A stretch of 64,000 nucleotides of DNA from an uncultured Chloroflexia bacterium (GCA_963833225.1 CAWHXD010000014.1:1-64000), one strand, 5' to 3'. Counted from the stretch's first letter, positions 28,873-40,242 are shown. Notes: generated by a model from the letters alone, not told the origin. Program-made: numbers and translations.

Positions 28873-31380
28873 ATGGCTGACTTCCCGACCAAGGTCAAGG
28901 TCGTGATCATCGGTGCCGGCATCGTCGGCAACAGCATCGCGTACCACCTGGCCAGGCTCGGCTGGAGGGACATCCTCCTCATCGACAAGGGCCCGCTTCC
29001 CAACCCGGGCGGCTCCACGGGGCACGCGTCGAACTTCCTGTACCTCGTCGACCACAACAAGGAGATGGCGGAGCTGACGCTCGAGAGCGCCCGCCAGTAC
29101 AAGGCGTGGGACGTCTACACCGAGTGTGGTGGCCTCGAGGTCGCGCGCACCGAGACCCGGATGAACGAGCTCCGGCGGCGCATCGACTCGGCCAAGAACT
29201 GGGGCATCGACTCGCGCCTGGTCACCCCGGCGGAGATCAAGGAGATGGTGCCGTTCATCGACGAGAGCATCCTCGTGGGCGGCTTCTACACGCCCGGCGT
29301 CGGCGTCTGTGACTCCCTCCAGTTCGGGACCCTGTGCCGCGAGAAGGCCCTCGAGATGGGCGCCCTCACCCTCGCCGCGAACACCGAGGTCAGCGCGATG
29401 GGCGTCGAGGACGGGCGCATCCGGAGCGTGACCACGAGCCGGGGCACCGTCGAGGCGGAGTACGTCGTGATCGCGTGCGGCGTGTGGGCGCCGCAGCTGG
29501 CCGAGATGGCCGGCTCGCACATCCCGCTGACCCCGGTCGTCCACCAGATGGCCGACTACGGCCCCGTACCGCTGTTCGAGCGCTCGACCAAGGCGATCGA
29601 GTACCCGATCGTCCGCGACATGGACGTCCTGATGTACGAGCGCCAGGACGGCGTCGGCTTCGAGGTGGGCTCGTACGCCCACCGCTCGATCCTGCACGAC
29701 CCGGAGGAGATCCCCTCGATCGAGCAGGCCGCGCTCTCGCCGACGGAGTTCCCGTTCACGCAGGAGGACTTCGACCCGCAGCTCGAGGACGCCCTCGCGA
29801 TCTTCCCGGAGATCCTCGGTGACGAGCGGGTTGGCCAGAAGTACGCGATCAACGGCCTGATCGCCCTGACCCCGGACGGCATGCCGCTGCTGGGCGAGAC
29901 GCCCGAGGTCAAGGGCCTCTGGTCCGCCGCCGCGGTCTGGGTCAAGGAGGGCCCGGCGGTCGGCAAGTCGATCGCCGAGTGGATGATCCACGGCGAGCCC
30001 GAGATCGACTGCAACCAGAGCGACATCAGTCGCTTCAACGCCCACCAGAAGACGCGCCAGCACACCAAGGCCCGTGCCTTCGAGGCGTTCCCCAAGACGT
30101 ACGGGATCGTCCACCCGTCCGAGCAGTCCCTGTCCGACCGCCCGTTGCGGAAGTCCCCGATGTACGACTGGCAGGTCGAGCACGAGGGCGAGTTCTTCGA
30201 GGTCGCCGGCTGGGAGCGGCCGCAGTGGTACCGGAGCAACGCCCCCCTGGTCGAAAGCTACGGGGTGCTCGACCGGCCCAACGAGTGGGATGCCCGCTGG
30301 TGGAGCCCGATCATCAACGCCGAGCACCTCGCGATGCGCGACGGCGTGGGCATCTTCGACCTGTCGGCGTTCGCGATCTTCGACATCGTTGGCCCGGGCG
30401 CCCTGGCGTCGGTCCAGAAGGTCGCCCTGCGCCAGATGGATGTCGCCGTTGGCAAGGTCGTCTACACCCCGGTCCTGTCGGAGACCGGCGGCTTCAAGAG
30501 CGACCTCACGATCATGCGCCTCGAGCGGAACGTGTTCCGCGTCGTGACCGGCGGGGCCCACGGCATGGCCGACCTCAAGTGGTTCCGGGACAACCTCGCC
30601 GAGGGCGCGGCCCTGGTCGATCAGACGACCGCCTACACGACGATCGGCGTCTGGGGCCCCAACGCGCGGAAGGTGATCAAGGGGATCACCCGCGCGGACA
30701 TGAGCAACGAGGCCTTCAGGTTCGGCACCTGCCGGACCATCGAGATGGGCTCGCAGCTGGTGCTCGCGTCGCGGATCAGCTATGTCGGGGATCTCGGCTG
30801 GGAGCTCTACGTTCCGATGGAGCAGGGCCAGCGCCTGTGGGACGAGCTGTGGGCCGCGGGCCAGGCGTATGGCATCACCGCGTGCGGCATGGGTGTCTAC
30901 GGCACCACCGGGCGCCTGGAGAAGGGCTACCGCGCGTACGGCGCCGAGCTTGACAACGACTACACCGTCGTCGAGGCCGACATGGCCCCGAAACGGCTCA
31001 AGGAGGCGGACTTCATCGGCAAGGCCGCCGTCCAGGCGCAGATGGCCGAGGCGCCGGCTGCCCTGTGCTGCACGCTCACCGTCGACGATCACACCAGCCC
31101 TCGGACCGGGGAGCGTCGCGTGATGCTGGGTCGCCAGCCGATCACCCTTGAGGACGGCTCGCCGATCGTGGACGCCAAGGGCCGCCGGTCCTACGCGACC
31201 TCGGCGGGCGCGGGTCCCTCGACCGGCAAGCACCTGCTCCTGGCCTACCTCCCGCCCGAGCAGGCCGTCGAGGGGACCAGGCTGTGGGTCCAGTACTTCG
31301 ACGAGCTGTACCCGGTCTCGGTGGCCGTGGTGGGCGCCCGCCCGCTGTATGACCCCGAGAACGTGCGGATCAAGGCCTGA
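28873..31380 (+). CDS. GcvT-family FAD oxidoreductase (dimethylglycine oxidase/dehydrogenase-like) 1
   Basis: IIGAGIVG, GSTGHASNF, GWERP, SYVGDLGWELY, and a C-terminal THF-binding GcvT domain. Confidence 0.93.
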   Translation: MADFPTKVKVVIIGAGIVGNSIAYHLARLGWRDILLIDKGPLPNPGGSTGHASNFLYLVDHNKEMAELTLESARQYKAWDVYTECGGLEVARTETRMNELRRRIDSAKNWGIDSRLVTPAEIKEMVPFIDESILVGGFYTPGVGVCDSLQFGTLCREKALEMGALTLAANTEVSAMGVEDGRIRSVTTSRGTVEAEYVVIACGVWAPQLAEMAGSHIPLTPVVHQMADYGPVPLFERSTKAIEYPIVRDMDVLMYERQDGVGFEVGSYAHRSILHDPEEIPSIEQAALSPTEFPFTQEDFDPQLEDALAIFPEILGDERVGQKYAINGLIALTPDGMPLLGETPEVKGLWSAAAVWVKEGPAVGKSIAEWMIHGEPEIDCNQSDISRFNAHQKTRQHTKARAFEAFPKTYGIVHPSEQSLSDRPLRKSPMYDWQVEHEGEFFEVAGWERPQWYRSNAPLVESYGVLDRPNEWDARWWSPIINAEHLAMRDGVGIFDLSAFAIFDIVGPGALASVQKVALRQMDVAVGKVVYTPVLSETGGFKSDLTIMRLERNVFRVVTGGAHGMADLKWFRDNLAEGAALVDQTTAYTTIGVWGPNARKVIKGITRADMSNEAFRFGTCRTIEMGSQLVLASRISYVGDLGWELYVPMEQGQRLWDELWAAGQAYGITACGMGVYGTTGRLEKGYRAYGAELDNDYTVVEADMAPKRLKEADFIGKAAVQAQMAEAPAALCCTLTVDDHTSPRTGERRVMLGRQPITLEDGSPIVDAKGRRSYATSAGAGPSTGKHLLLAYLPPEQAVEGTRLWVQYFDELYPVSVAVVGARPLYDPENVRIKA

Positions 31381-31385
31381 GACCC

Positions 31386-32151
31386 GTGCGAGTCCTTGTC
31401 TGCATCAAGCGTGTCCCGGCGATCGCCGGCCGGATCGTCCTGACCGCCGACGCCAGGGCGATCGACATGAAGTACCTCGGCTTTGCCATCGGCCCCCACG
31501 AGGAGTGCGCGGTGGAGCAGGCGGTGAGGCTCATCGAGGAGCACGGGGGCGAGTCCGTCGTCCTGACGCTCGGCCCCGCCGAAGGGCTGGAGCAGCTGCG
31601 GGACGCGATGGCGCTGGGGATCACCCGGGCGATCCACCTCGTCACCGACGGCGAGGAGTGGGACCCGGAATCCACGGCGTCCGCCATCACCGACGCGATC
31701 CGCGCCGACGAGGCGGCCAATGGGCCGTTCGACCTCGTCCTGCTCGGCAACGAGGCCGGAGACTCGGGCGGGTACCAGGTGGGCGTCCGCATCGGACACG
31801 CGCTCGGCCGACCCACCGTGACCGGCATCAAGGGCCTCACCGTCGCCGGCGGCGTCGCCAGCGCCGAGCAGGAGGTGCAGGGCGGCCGGGATGTCTACGA
31901 CCTGCCGCTGCCCGCCGTGGTCGCGGTGCTGGAAGGTCTGAACCTGCCGCGGTTCCCGTCCGTGCCCGGCCGGCTGCGAGCCAAGAGCAAGCCGGTGGCG
32001 GTCTCGACCCCGGCGCGACCGGACCAACGCCTGGAGCTCGTGCGCCTGGTCGTCCCGCAGGGCATCTCCAAGCAGGCGGTGGTGTTCGGGCAACGGCCCG
32101 GATGCCGCGCCCGCGGTCGTCGAGATGCTCGCCGGCCTGGGGGTGATCTGA
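31386..32151 (+). CDS. etfB: Electron transfer flavoprotein beta subunit; indel near 32090
   Basis: VLVCIKRVP, AVEQAVRL, AMALG, GNEAGDSG, NLPRFPS. Confidence 0.9.
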
Positions 32152-32152
32152 G

Positions 32153-33116
32153 ATGGCCACCGTGCTGGTCCTCGCCACCGTCGCCGACGGCGTCGCCGAC
32201 GACGTCAGCCTGCAGTCCCTCACGCTCGCCCGCGGCCTCGCCGCCGGGGGGCCCGTCCATGCCGTCCTGATGGGCGACGAGCCGGCCGCGTCGGGCCTTG
32301 GTGCCTACGGGGCGTCCACGGTGCACGTGGCCACCCACGAGGCCCTTGCCGCCGGCGCCCCGGACGCTCGCGCCCGGATCCTCGCCGACCTCGCCGAGCG
32401 GCTCGGCGCCGACGTGGTGGTGGGGCCCGGCAACGAGGAGGGCAACACGATCCTGGCCCGTGCCGCCGCGAGGGCTCGGGCAGCCGTTCGCCGCCAACTG
32501 CACCCGCGTGACGCTCGGGTCGCCCGCGACGGTCACCCGCGTGCGCTGGGGCGGCAGCCTGATGGAGGAGGCCGCGCTCCATGCCGAGCGCGTGTTCCTG
32601 ACCGTCGCGCCGCATTCGGTGGCTGCGGAGGCCTCCGGAGGTGCCGCGACGGTGACGGCCTTCGTCCCGGAGCTTGACGCCGCCGACCTGGTCGTGCGGG
32701 TCGCTCGCCGGGTCCCGGCCGCCCAGGGGGGTGTCTCGCTGGCCGAGGCCAAGGTGGTCGTCTCCGGTGGCCGTGGCGTGGGCTCGACCGATGGCTTCGG
32801 GCCCATCGAGGAGCTCGCCGGGCTCCTCGGCGCCGCCGTGGGCTGCTCGCGTGCCGTCACGATCTCCGGCTGGCGATCGCACACGGCGCAGGTTGGCCAG
32901 ACGGGCACCAAGATCGCCCCCGACCTGTACATCGCCGCCGGCATCAGCGGCGCCACCCAGCACATGGCCGGCTGCAAGGCGAGCAAGAAGATCCTCGCGA
33001 TCAACAAGGATGCCGAGGCACCGATCATGACCATGGCCGACTACGCGGTCATCGGCGATCTCCACCAGGTGGTCCCCGCGATCACCGCGGAGATCCGCCG
33101 GGTGCAGGGAGGCTAG
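32153..33116 (+). CDS. etfA: Electron transfer flavoprotein alpha subunit; indel near 32470
   Basis: VVSGGRG, GCSR, QVGQTG, YIAAGISGATQHMAG, AINKD. Confidence 0.92.
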
Positions 33117-33120
33117 GGTC

Positions 33121-35223
33121 GTGGATGCCGGGGCGGTCTTCTGGGCCGTCCTGTTCATCGCGGTCCTCGGGGTCTTCCTCGGGTTCTTCTTCCGGCGCGC
33201 GTGGTACCTGTTCAGCCTCGTCCGGGCCGGCCGCCAGTCCGCCGGCCGGAGCAACGCGGTGACCGTGCGGGCCCGGCGAGAGCTGATCGGGGTCCTGTTC
33301 CAGTCCAAGCTCTTCCTGCGCCCCATCCCGGGCGTGATGCATCTGTTCCTGTTCTGGAGCTTCCTGGTCCTCCTGCCGACGATCGTGATGTCGTTCCTGG
33401 GCGCGATGAACCCGGAATGGACGATCCCCTGGCTGGCCGAGCAGGGCTGGTTCGCGCTGATGGTGGACGTGTTCGCGGTGGGCACCCTGCTCGGCGTGAC
33501 GATCGCGTTCACGATCCGCCTCGGCCAGCGCCCGGTCCGGTTCGTGGGCTCGTACCTGCAGGTCGCCTACAACATCCTGCTGTTCGAGACGGCGATCGTG
33601 ATCACGCTGTACCTGTGGCACGGCTCCCGGATCGCGCTCGGCCTCAACGAGTACCCGGCCGAGTGGAGCCCGATCTCGAACGCCGTGGCCGGGGTGCTCG
33701 CCGGCTTGCCCGGCCTGGACGTGTTCGAGCGCGTGGTGGTCTGGATCCACGCGATCCTGATCCTCTCGTTCCTGGTCTACATCCCGTACACCAAGCACCT
33801 CCACACGCTGGTGGTCGCGTTCAACGTCTACTTCGGGCGGACGCGGTCGCGGGGCCGGCTGGAGCCGCTGGAGTTCGAGAACCCGGAGATCCCCGAGGAC
33901 CAGATCCGGTTCGGCGCGGGCACGATCAAGGACCTCACCTGGAAGCAGATGCTCGACGGCATGACCTGCACCGAGTGCGGTCGCTGCCAGGACGTCTGCC
34001 CGGCCTTCTTCACCGGCAAGGACCTGTCTCCCAAGCTGGTCGTCCAGAACATCCGCGACCAGCTGTACCGGGAGGGCCACGCCTGGCTCGCCTCCCGCAA
34101 GCCGGTCGCCGAAGGTGCCACGCCGGTCGTGTTCGACGGCCAGCCGCTGGTGCCCACCGCGGTCAAGGACGAGACCGTCTGGGACTGCGTGACCTGCGGC
34201 GCCTGCGTGCGCGAGTGCCCCGTTGGCATCGAGCACGTCGACCACATCGTCGACCTGCGCCGGAACCTGGTGATGGTGGAGTCCCGGTTCCCGGCCGCCG
34301 GCGCCCAGATGCTCCGGGACCTGGAGCGGACGAACAACCCGTGGGGCGGCGGGCCTGACGAGCGCGTCGACTGGACCGAGGGCCTGGACGTGCGGATTCT
34401 CGACCCGGGCGACCCGGCCCCGGAGGTGCTGTTCTGGGTCGGCTGCGCCCCCGCCTACGACGAGCGTGCGCGGGTGTCGGCCCGGTCCACCGCGAAGCTG
34501 CTCAAGGAGGCCGGCGTCGACTTCGCGATCCTCGGCGCCCGAGAGTGCTGCACGGGCGACCCGGCCCGGCGGATGGGGGACGAGTACACGTTCCAGGCGC
34601 TGGCGAAGCAGAACATCGAGACCTTCGGCGAGGCCGGGATCACGAAGATCGTGACCACCTGCCCGCACTGCTTCAACACGCTCGCCAACGAGTACAAGGA
34701 CTTCGGCGGCGAGTACCAGGTCCTCCACCATACCGAGCTGCTGTCCGAGCTGATCGCCCAGGGCAGGCTCCGACCTCAGCAGGGCGACGAGTCGATCACC
34801 TACCACGACTCCTGCTACCTCGCGCGCCACAACGACATCCGCGAGGCTCCGCGCGCCATCGTGTCCGCGGTCGGCAGACCGCTCGAGATGGCGCGCCGCG
34901 AGGAGCGCACCTTCTGCTGCGGTGCCGGCGGCGCCCACATGTGGCTCGACGAGCGCGGCAACCAGATCAACGAGGAGCGAGCCCGCGAGGCTGCCGCTAC
35001 GGGAGCGACGACGCTCGCGGTGGCCTGCCCGTTCTGCACCGTCATGCTCGACGACGGGATGCAGGCGGTGGGCGGCGGGCTCGCGGTAAAGGACGTGGCC
35101 ACGCTGCTGGTCGAGGCCGTCGAACGCGGGCAGAGGCGTCCCCTTGCCCCCGTCGCGGTTCCCTCGGGCGTGGTCGTCAATGACCCCCCTCTCAGCGGTC
35201 AGGGGGGCAGCCTCGGAAGCTAG
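33121..35223 (+). CDS. Membrane Fe-S oxidoreductase (FadF/EtfD/HdrD-like; probable ETF:quinone oxidoreductase)
   Basis: N-terminal TM helices with His, CTECGRCQDVCP, CVTCGACVRECP, two CCG domains (ECCTGD, FCCGAGG). Confidence 0.92.
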   Translation: MDAGAVFWAVLFIAVLGVFLGFFFRRAWYLFSLVRAGRQSAGRSNAVTVRARRELIGVLFQSKLFLRPIPGVMHLFLFWSFLVLLPTIVMSFLGAMNPEWTIPWLAEQGWFALMVDVFAVGTLLGVTIAFTIRLGQRPVRFVGSYLQVAYNILLFETAIVITLYLWHGSRIALGLNEYPAEWSPISNAVAGVLAGLPGLDVFERVVVWIHAILILSFLVYIPYTKHLHTLVVAFNVYFGRTRSRGRLEPLEFENPEIPEDQIRFGAGTIKDLTWKQMLDGMTCTECGRCQDVCPAFFTGKDLSPKLVVQNIRDQLYREGHAWLASRKPVAEGATPVVFDGQPLVPTAVKDETVWDCVTCGACVRECPVGIEHVDHIVDLRRNLVMVESRFPAAGAQMLRDLERTNNPWGGGPDERVDWTEGLDVRILDPGDPAPEVLFWVGCAPAYDERARVSARSTAKLLKEAGVDFAILGARECCTGDPARRMGDEYTFQALAKQNIETFGEAGITKIVTTCPHCFNTLANEYKDFGGEYQVLHHTELLSELIAQGRLRPQQGDESITYHDSCYLARHNDIREAPRAIVSAVGRPLEMARREERTFCCGAGGAHMWLDERGNQINEERAREAAATGATTLAVACPFCTVMLDDGMQAVGGGLAVKDVATLLVEAVERGQRRPLAPVAVPSGVVVNDPPLSGQGGSLGS

Positions 35224-35272
35224 GAACACGGTCTCGTCAGACCACCAGTGGACAAGAAGGAGGAGACGCACA

Positions 35273-36625
35273 GTGATCCGTTCTGAAACGAGATCCCGGA
35301 TGGGCGGCCTGGCTGTTGCGCTTGCGCTCGTTGCAGGCGCCTGCAGTGGAGGGGCCGCCACGCCGGCACCGGCGACGCCGGCACCCGCGACGGCCGCACC
35401 CGCGACCACCGCACCCGACGGCTCGGCGGCCACGGGCTGCACCGAGCCGGCGGCCAGCACCCTCAAGATCGGGATCGAGGGTCCGTTCACCGGCCCCAAC
35501 GCGCTCACCGGCGAGGAGATGAAGAACTCCTCGGCCATGGCCTTCGAGGCCATCGGCTGGAAGGTCGGCCCGTACACGATCGAGCCGGTCTACATCGACG
35601 ACCAGTCCGATCCCGCCAAGGGAGCCGCCGCCTACGAGCAGGCCGTGGTCGGCCAGAACATCATCGCCGGCCTCCTCGGCTGGCACAGCTCGGTCGCGGT
35701 CGCCCAGATGGAGATCACCGCGAAGTACAAGATCCCGCACTTCTTCGCGATGGGCGCCACGGGCGTCGTCAACGAGACGTTCAACAGCAACCGCGAGAAG
35801 TACGGCTACTGGACCAGCAAGGGCTGGCCGGATCCGGCCAAGCTGACCATCGGCTACGTCCAGGCCATCGAGGACGCGATCGCTGCCGGGACCTTTACCC
35901 CGGCCGAGAAGAAGGTCGCGATCTACGGCGAGGACACCGACTGGGGCCGCTCGTTCGGCAAGGGCCTCGAAGACCAGCTCAAGGCCGTCGGCTGGACGGT
36001 CGTCAGCGAGGACTTCTTCCCCACGACGCAGACCGACTTCTCGGCCATCGTGTCGCGCTACAAGAACGACAACGTTCCGCTGATCGCCGGCACGACGACC
36101 ATCCCCGCCTCGATCGCCTCGTTCCTCAAGGGCGTTGATGACGCCGGGATCAAGGCGCTCGTGGTGGCCGACGGCCTCGGCTGGATCGGCGACTGGTACA
36201 AGCTCAGCGGCTCGGCCTCCGACTACGTCGTTGACCAGATCCCGCAGTTCGCCTCCGATGCGGCCAAGAAGTTCGCGTCCGACTACGAGGCCAAGTACGG
36301 CAGCAAGCCGAGCCCGTCGGCGGCCGGCCTGTCCTACGACTTCTCCAACTTCTTCATCAAGATCATGAACCAGGCGCTCACCGACTCCTGCGAGATCACG
36401 AGCGAGTCCCTGTACAAGGTGGCCCAGGAGCAGCTCTGGACGGGCCAGCTGACGTACACGGACGGGATCATCATGTCCAACTACGACTACTCGCCCGACT
36501 CGATCCCTGACCCGGTCGTCGGGAAGGGCCACTACATCTTCCCCGCCCTCCAGTACATGGGTGGCGTGCCCACGGTGGTCTGGCCCCCCGAGGTGGCGAA
36601 GGGCGGCATCCAGCAGAAGCCCTGA
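35273..36625 (+). CDS. Liv-type ABC transporter substrate-binding lipoprotein
   Basis: AGGAGGAG RBS, lipobox VAGAC, KIGIEGPFTG, DDQSDP, EDTDWG. Confidence 0.92.
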   Translation: MIRSETRSRMGGLAVALALVAGACSGGAATPAPATPAPATAAPATTAPDGSAATGCTEPAASTLKIGIEGPFTGPNALTGEEMKNSSAMAFEAIGWKVGPYTIEPVYIDDQSDPAKGAAAYEQAVVGQNIIAGLLGWHSSVAVAQMEITAKYKIPHFFAMGATGVVNETFNSNREKYGYWTSKGWPDPAKLTIGYVQAIEDAIAAGTFTPAEKKVAIYGEDTDWGRSFGKGLEDQLKAVGWTVVSEDFFPTTQTDFSAIVSRYKNDNVPLIAGTTTIPASIASFLKGVDDAGIKALVVADGLGWIGDWYKLSGSASDYVVDQIPQFASDAAKKFASDYEAKYGSKPSPSAAGLSYDFSNFFIKIMNQALTDSCEITSESLYKVAQEQLWTGQLTYTDGIIMSNYDYSPDSIPDPVVGKGHYIFPALQYMGGVPTVVWPPEVAKGGIQQKP

Positions 36626-36696
36626 CCCATCCCCAGAGTCCTGATCCAGCAGCGCCGGGGGGTCCGGCTCGCGCCGGCCCCCCGGTCAACCAGGCG

Positions 36697-37434
36697 ATGA
36701 GGCGTATGGCCCTCCTTGAGCTCTCCGGCGTCACCAAGCGGTTCGGCGGTCTGACCGCCGTCGACAACGTCACCTTCTCCGTGGAGGAGGGCGAGATCTT
36801 CGGGCTGATCGGTCCCAACGGGGCCGGCAAGTCCACGTTGCTCAACTGCCTCGCGGGCGCCTCGCGTCCCAATGACGGCACCATCCGGTTTGACGGACGC
36901 GACACCACCGGCCTGCCCGCGGAGCAGATGTGCCGTCTCGGCGTGAGCCGCACGTTCCAGATTCCCCGGCCGTTTCCCGGGATGAGCGTCCTGGACAACG
37001 TCGTCGTGGCCGCCACGTTCGGCGATCCCCACCTGCGCCATGCGGAGGTCGGGACCCGAGCGCTCGAGATGCTGCAGTACGTCGATTTCCCGCGGCCGGT
37101 GGGAACGCAGGCGTCGCATCTGAACGCATCCCAGCTCAAGCGCCTCGACCTGGCGCGCGCGCTGGCCAGCCATCCCAAGCTTCTGCTCCTCGACGAGTTC
37201 GCCGCGGGCCTCACGCCCAGCGAGCTGGTCGACATCGCAGCCCTGCTGCGCCGGATCCGCGCCGATGGCACGACGATCGTGATGGTCGAGCACGTCATGC
37301 GGCTGATCCTCGACCTGTGCGGTCGGCTGTCCGTGCTCCAGTACGGCGAGCTCATCGCGCATGGCGACGCCACGACCGTCGCCCAGGACGAGCGGGTCCG
37401 AGAGGCGTATCTCGGCACCAACTACATGCTCTGA
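36697..37434 (+). CDS. livG: ABC ATP-binding protein (LivG-like)
   Basis: FGGLTAV, GPNGAGKS, LLLDE, VEH, VREAYLG. Confidence 0.92.
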   Translation: MRRMALLELSGVTKRFGGLTAVDNVTFSVEEGEIFGLIGPNGAGKSTLLNCLAGASRPNDGTIRFDGRDTTGLPAEQMCRLGVSRTFQIPRPFPGMSVLDNVVVAATFGDPHLRHAEVGTRALEMLQYVDFPRPVGTQASHLNASQLKRLDLARALASHPKLLLLDEFAAGLTPSELVDIAALLRRIRADGTTIVMVEHVMRLILDLCGRLSVLQYGELIAHGDATTVAQDERVREAYLGTNYML

Positions 37435-37450
37435 AAGCCCGGAGGGAAGG

Positions 37451-38155
37451 GTGCTCCAACTCACCGGCGTCGAAGCTGGCTACGATCTCCTGCAGGTGCT
37501 GTGGGGGGTCGACCTCCACGTTGAGGAAGGCGAGTTCGTCGCGTTGCTCGGTCCGAACGGCGCGGGCAAGACCACGACGCTCCGGACCATCGCCGGCTTC
37601 CTGTCTCCGATCCGGGGCGGGATCACATTCCGCGGCCAGTCGCTCGACCGCGTGCCACCCGACAAGGTGAGCACCACGGGCATCGGCTACGTGTCCGAGA
37701 ACCTCAACCTGTTCCCATCGATGTCGGTCTACGAGAACCTGCTCGTCGGCGCCCACTCCGTGCGGGACAAGGCACAGATCCAGTCCACCATGAACCTCGT
37801 GTACGAGCTGTTCCCGCGGCTGTTCGAGCGCCGGAACCAGCTCGCGGGGACCCTCAGCGGCGGCGAGCGCAAGATGCTCGCGATCGGTCGCGGCCTGATG
37901 CCGTCACCGTCGCTGCTGCTCGTCGACGAGCCGTCGCTCGGTCTGGCCCCGATGGCGACCCTGACGGCCTTCGAGGCCCTCAAGCAGCTGCACCAGCGCG
38001 GCGTGACGATCCTCCTGGTCGAGCAGAACGTGAACAGCACGCTTCACCTGGTCGATCGCGCCTACGTCCTCGAGCAGGGCCGGATCGTCCTCGAGGGGAC
38101 CGGGGAGCAGTTGTTGAGCGACAGCCACGTCCAGGAAGCCTACCTGGGGATCTGA
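37451..38155 (+). CDS. livF: ABC ATP-binding protein (LivF-like)
   Basis: GPNGAGKT, LSGGERKM, DEPSLGLAP, VEQN. Confidence 0.92.
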   Translation: MLQLTGVEAGYDLLQVLWGVDLHVEEGEFVALLGPNGAGKTTTLRTIAGFLSPIRGGITFRGQSLDRVPPDKVSTTGIGYVSENLNLFPSMSVYENLLVGAHSVRDKAQIQSTMNLVYELFPRLFERRNQLAGTLSGGERKMLAIGRGLMPSPSLLLVDEPSLGLAPMATLTAFEALKQLHQRGVTILLVEQNVNSTLHLVDRAYVLEQGRIVLEGTGEQLLSDSHVQEAYLGI

Positions 38156-38163
38156 GCGTACCC

Positions 38164-39201
38164 ATGACGACCGCAACCAACCTTCGCACCGTCCCGTTCC
38201 TCAAGCGCTTCCTGTCGTTCACGTGGATCGTGATCGGCGTCGTCATCGTGGTCTTGGTGGCGTTCGCGTTCATCCAGCCCTCGATCCTCGTCGACACGCT
38301 CGTCACGGGTGGCATGTGGGCCCTCATGGCCGGCGGCCTGGCGCTCGTGTTCGGGGTGATGAACATCCCCAACTTCGCCCACGGCGAGTTCTTCATGATC
38401 GGATCGCTGACGGCGTTCACGGTCTTCTCCCCGATCCAGGACGCGCTGTTCGAGAACCCCGACTCGGTGATCCTCAAGGTGGCCGGCCCGTTCCCGGGCA
38501 TGGTCGTCGCGGCCGCGGTCGGGTTCGCCTGCGGCGTGATCCTCGAGGTGTTCCTGTTCCGGCCCCTGCGCAAGCGCAGCCGGGACCAGTGGGTGATGAA
38601 CACCTTCCTGCTCACGGCCGGTGTCTCCGTGGTGCTGGTCAACGGCGACCGCCTGCTGTTCGGCAACGACTTCCGCGGCATCACCCGCTACTGGGACGTG
38701 AAGCCGATCGAGATCCTGGGTGTCCCCATCTCCGTTGACCGGGCGATGGTGTTCGTGATCGCCATGGTCATGATCGTCGCGTTCGCGTTCTTCCTCCAGC
38801 GCACGCGGACGGGCCGGGCCATGCGTGCCGTGTCCCAGGACGAGACCGGCGCCCAGATGGCGGGGATCGGCCTCAACCGGATCTTCGTGCTGACGATGGG
38901 TCTTTCCTGCGCGCTCGCGGCCCTTGCCGGGGCGGCCCTGCTGTTCATGTTCCCCTCGTTCCCCGATGTCGGGATCCAGCCGCTGTACCTCGCCTGGTAC
39001 GTGGTCATCCTCGCGGGCCTGGGCAACGTCCAGGGCGCGATCATCGGCGCCTTCATCGTGGCGCTCCTCCAGACGCTGGCCGTGTACTACGTCGGGCTGG
39101 GCTGGGTGGACGTCCTGCCCACGGGGTTCATCATCCTGATCCTGCTGTTCAAGCCCTCGGGCCTGTTCGGCAGTGAAGTGAAAGGCGTGTGGGAGCAGTA
39201 G
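38164..39201 (+). CDS. livH: ABC permease (LivH-like)
   Basis: GLALVFGVM..PNFAHG, TGRAMRAVSQD, KPSGLFG. Confidence 0.92.
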   Translation: MTTATNLRTVPFLKRFLSFTWIVIGVVIVVLVAFAFIQPSILVDTLVTGGMWALMAGGLALVFGVMNIPNFAHGEFFMIGSLTAFTVFSPIQDALFENPDSVILKVAGPFPGMVVAAAVGFACGVILEVFLFRPLRKRSRDQWVMNTFLLTAGVSVVLVNGDRLLFGNDFRGITRYWDVKPIEILGVPISVDRAMVFVIAMVMIVAFAFFLQRTRTGRAMRAVSQDETGAQMAGIGLNRIFVLTMGLSCALAALAGAALLFMFPSFPDVGIQPLYLAWYVVILAGLGNVQGAIIGAFIVALLQTLAVYYVGLGWVDVLPTGFIILILLFKPSGLFGSEVKGVWEQ

Positions 39202-40232
39202 TGGCCACCGACGGTGCCACCCCGGTGGCGGTCCAGAACCAGGCTCGCATTCGTGCCCGACGCGTGTCGCGACTGGCGTCCCTGGGGGTCGTGGCGTTCG
39301 CCATCGTCCTCCCCTTCATCCCGCCGTTCAACGGCCAGGACTACCAGCGCTGGCTGGTGGGTGCCGCTCTCATGGCCGCCTGGGCGGTCGCCTTCGACTT
39401 CACCGCGGGCTACATCAACATCGTCAACTTCGGGTTCGCCGCCTTCGTGGGGGTTGGCGCGTACACCTCCGGCCTGCTCGCGGCGAACCTGGGGATCTCG
39501 CCCTGGATCGGCATCTTCGTGGGGGCCGGCGTCTCCGGGTTCGTCGGCCTGCTGACGGGCATGCTGACGCTCCGGCTGCGCGGGATCTACGCGGCGGTCA
39601 TGACCTGGTTCGTGGGCCTTGCGCTGATGGGCCTCGCCCGGAACATGACCGAGATCACCCGGGGGTCGCTCGGGCTCAACGTGCCGCTGCTCCTCGACAC
39701 CTCGGACAACCTGCCCTACTACTACGTCATCCTGGGGATGCTGGTCGTCACCGTGGTCGTGCTCACCGCGGTCACCCGCTCGGACCTGGGGCTCGCGTTC
39801 CGGGCGATCGGCATGAACCTCCAGGCTGCGCGCGCGTCGGGCATCAACCCCACCCGCTTCCTGGTCATCAACTTCACGCTGTCGTGCGCGTTCGCGGGCT
39901 GGCTCGGTGGGTTCTACGCCCACTACTACGGCATCCTCACGCCGGACGTGATGCTCACCTCCCACACCGTCGAGGTGCTGGCGGTCGCGTACATCGGCGG
40001 ACGCGGGACCCTGTGGGGTCCGGCCGTCATCGCGTTCCCGCTGACGATCGGCGTCGAGCTCCTGCGCACGCAGTTCTCGAACCTGCCGGGACTCCACCTC
40101 GTGCTCTACGGCCTGGTGCTCATCCTGGTGATGATCTACCGGCCGGGCGGCTTCGCCGGAGTGGTGAAGACCGCGCAGCATTGGGTGACTCAGCGTCGCG
40201 AGCGGCAGGCAGGGGCCGCGCCCGCGGCCTGA
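39201..40232 (+). CDS. livM: ABC permease (LivM-like)
   Basis: LRLRGIY, GLAFRAI, IGGRGTLWGP, RPGG. Confidence 0.92.
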   Translation: MATDGATPVAVQNQARIRARRVSRLASLGVVAFAIVLPFIPPFNGQDYQRWLVGAALMAAWAVAFDFTAGYINIVNFGFAAFVGVGAYTSGLLAANLGISPWIGIFVGAGVSGFVGLLTGMLTLRLRGIYAAVMTWFVGLALMGLARNMTEITRGSLGLNVPLLLDTSDNLPYYYVILGMLVVTVVVLTAVTRSDLGLAFRAIGMNLQAARASGINPTRFLVINFTLSCAFAGWLGGFYAHYYGILTPDVMLTSHTVEVLAVAYIGGRGTLWGPAVIAFPLTIGVELLRTQFSNLPGLHLVLYGLVLILVMIYRPGGFAGVVKTAQHWVTQRRERQAGAAPAA

Positions 40233-40242
40233 TCGGCGTCCG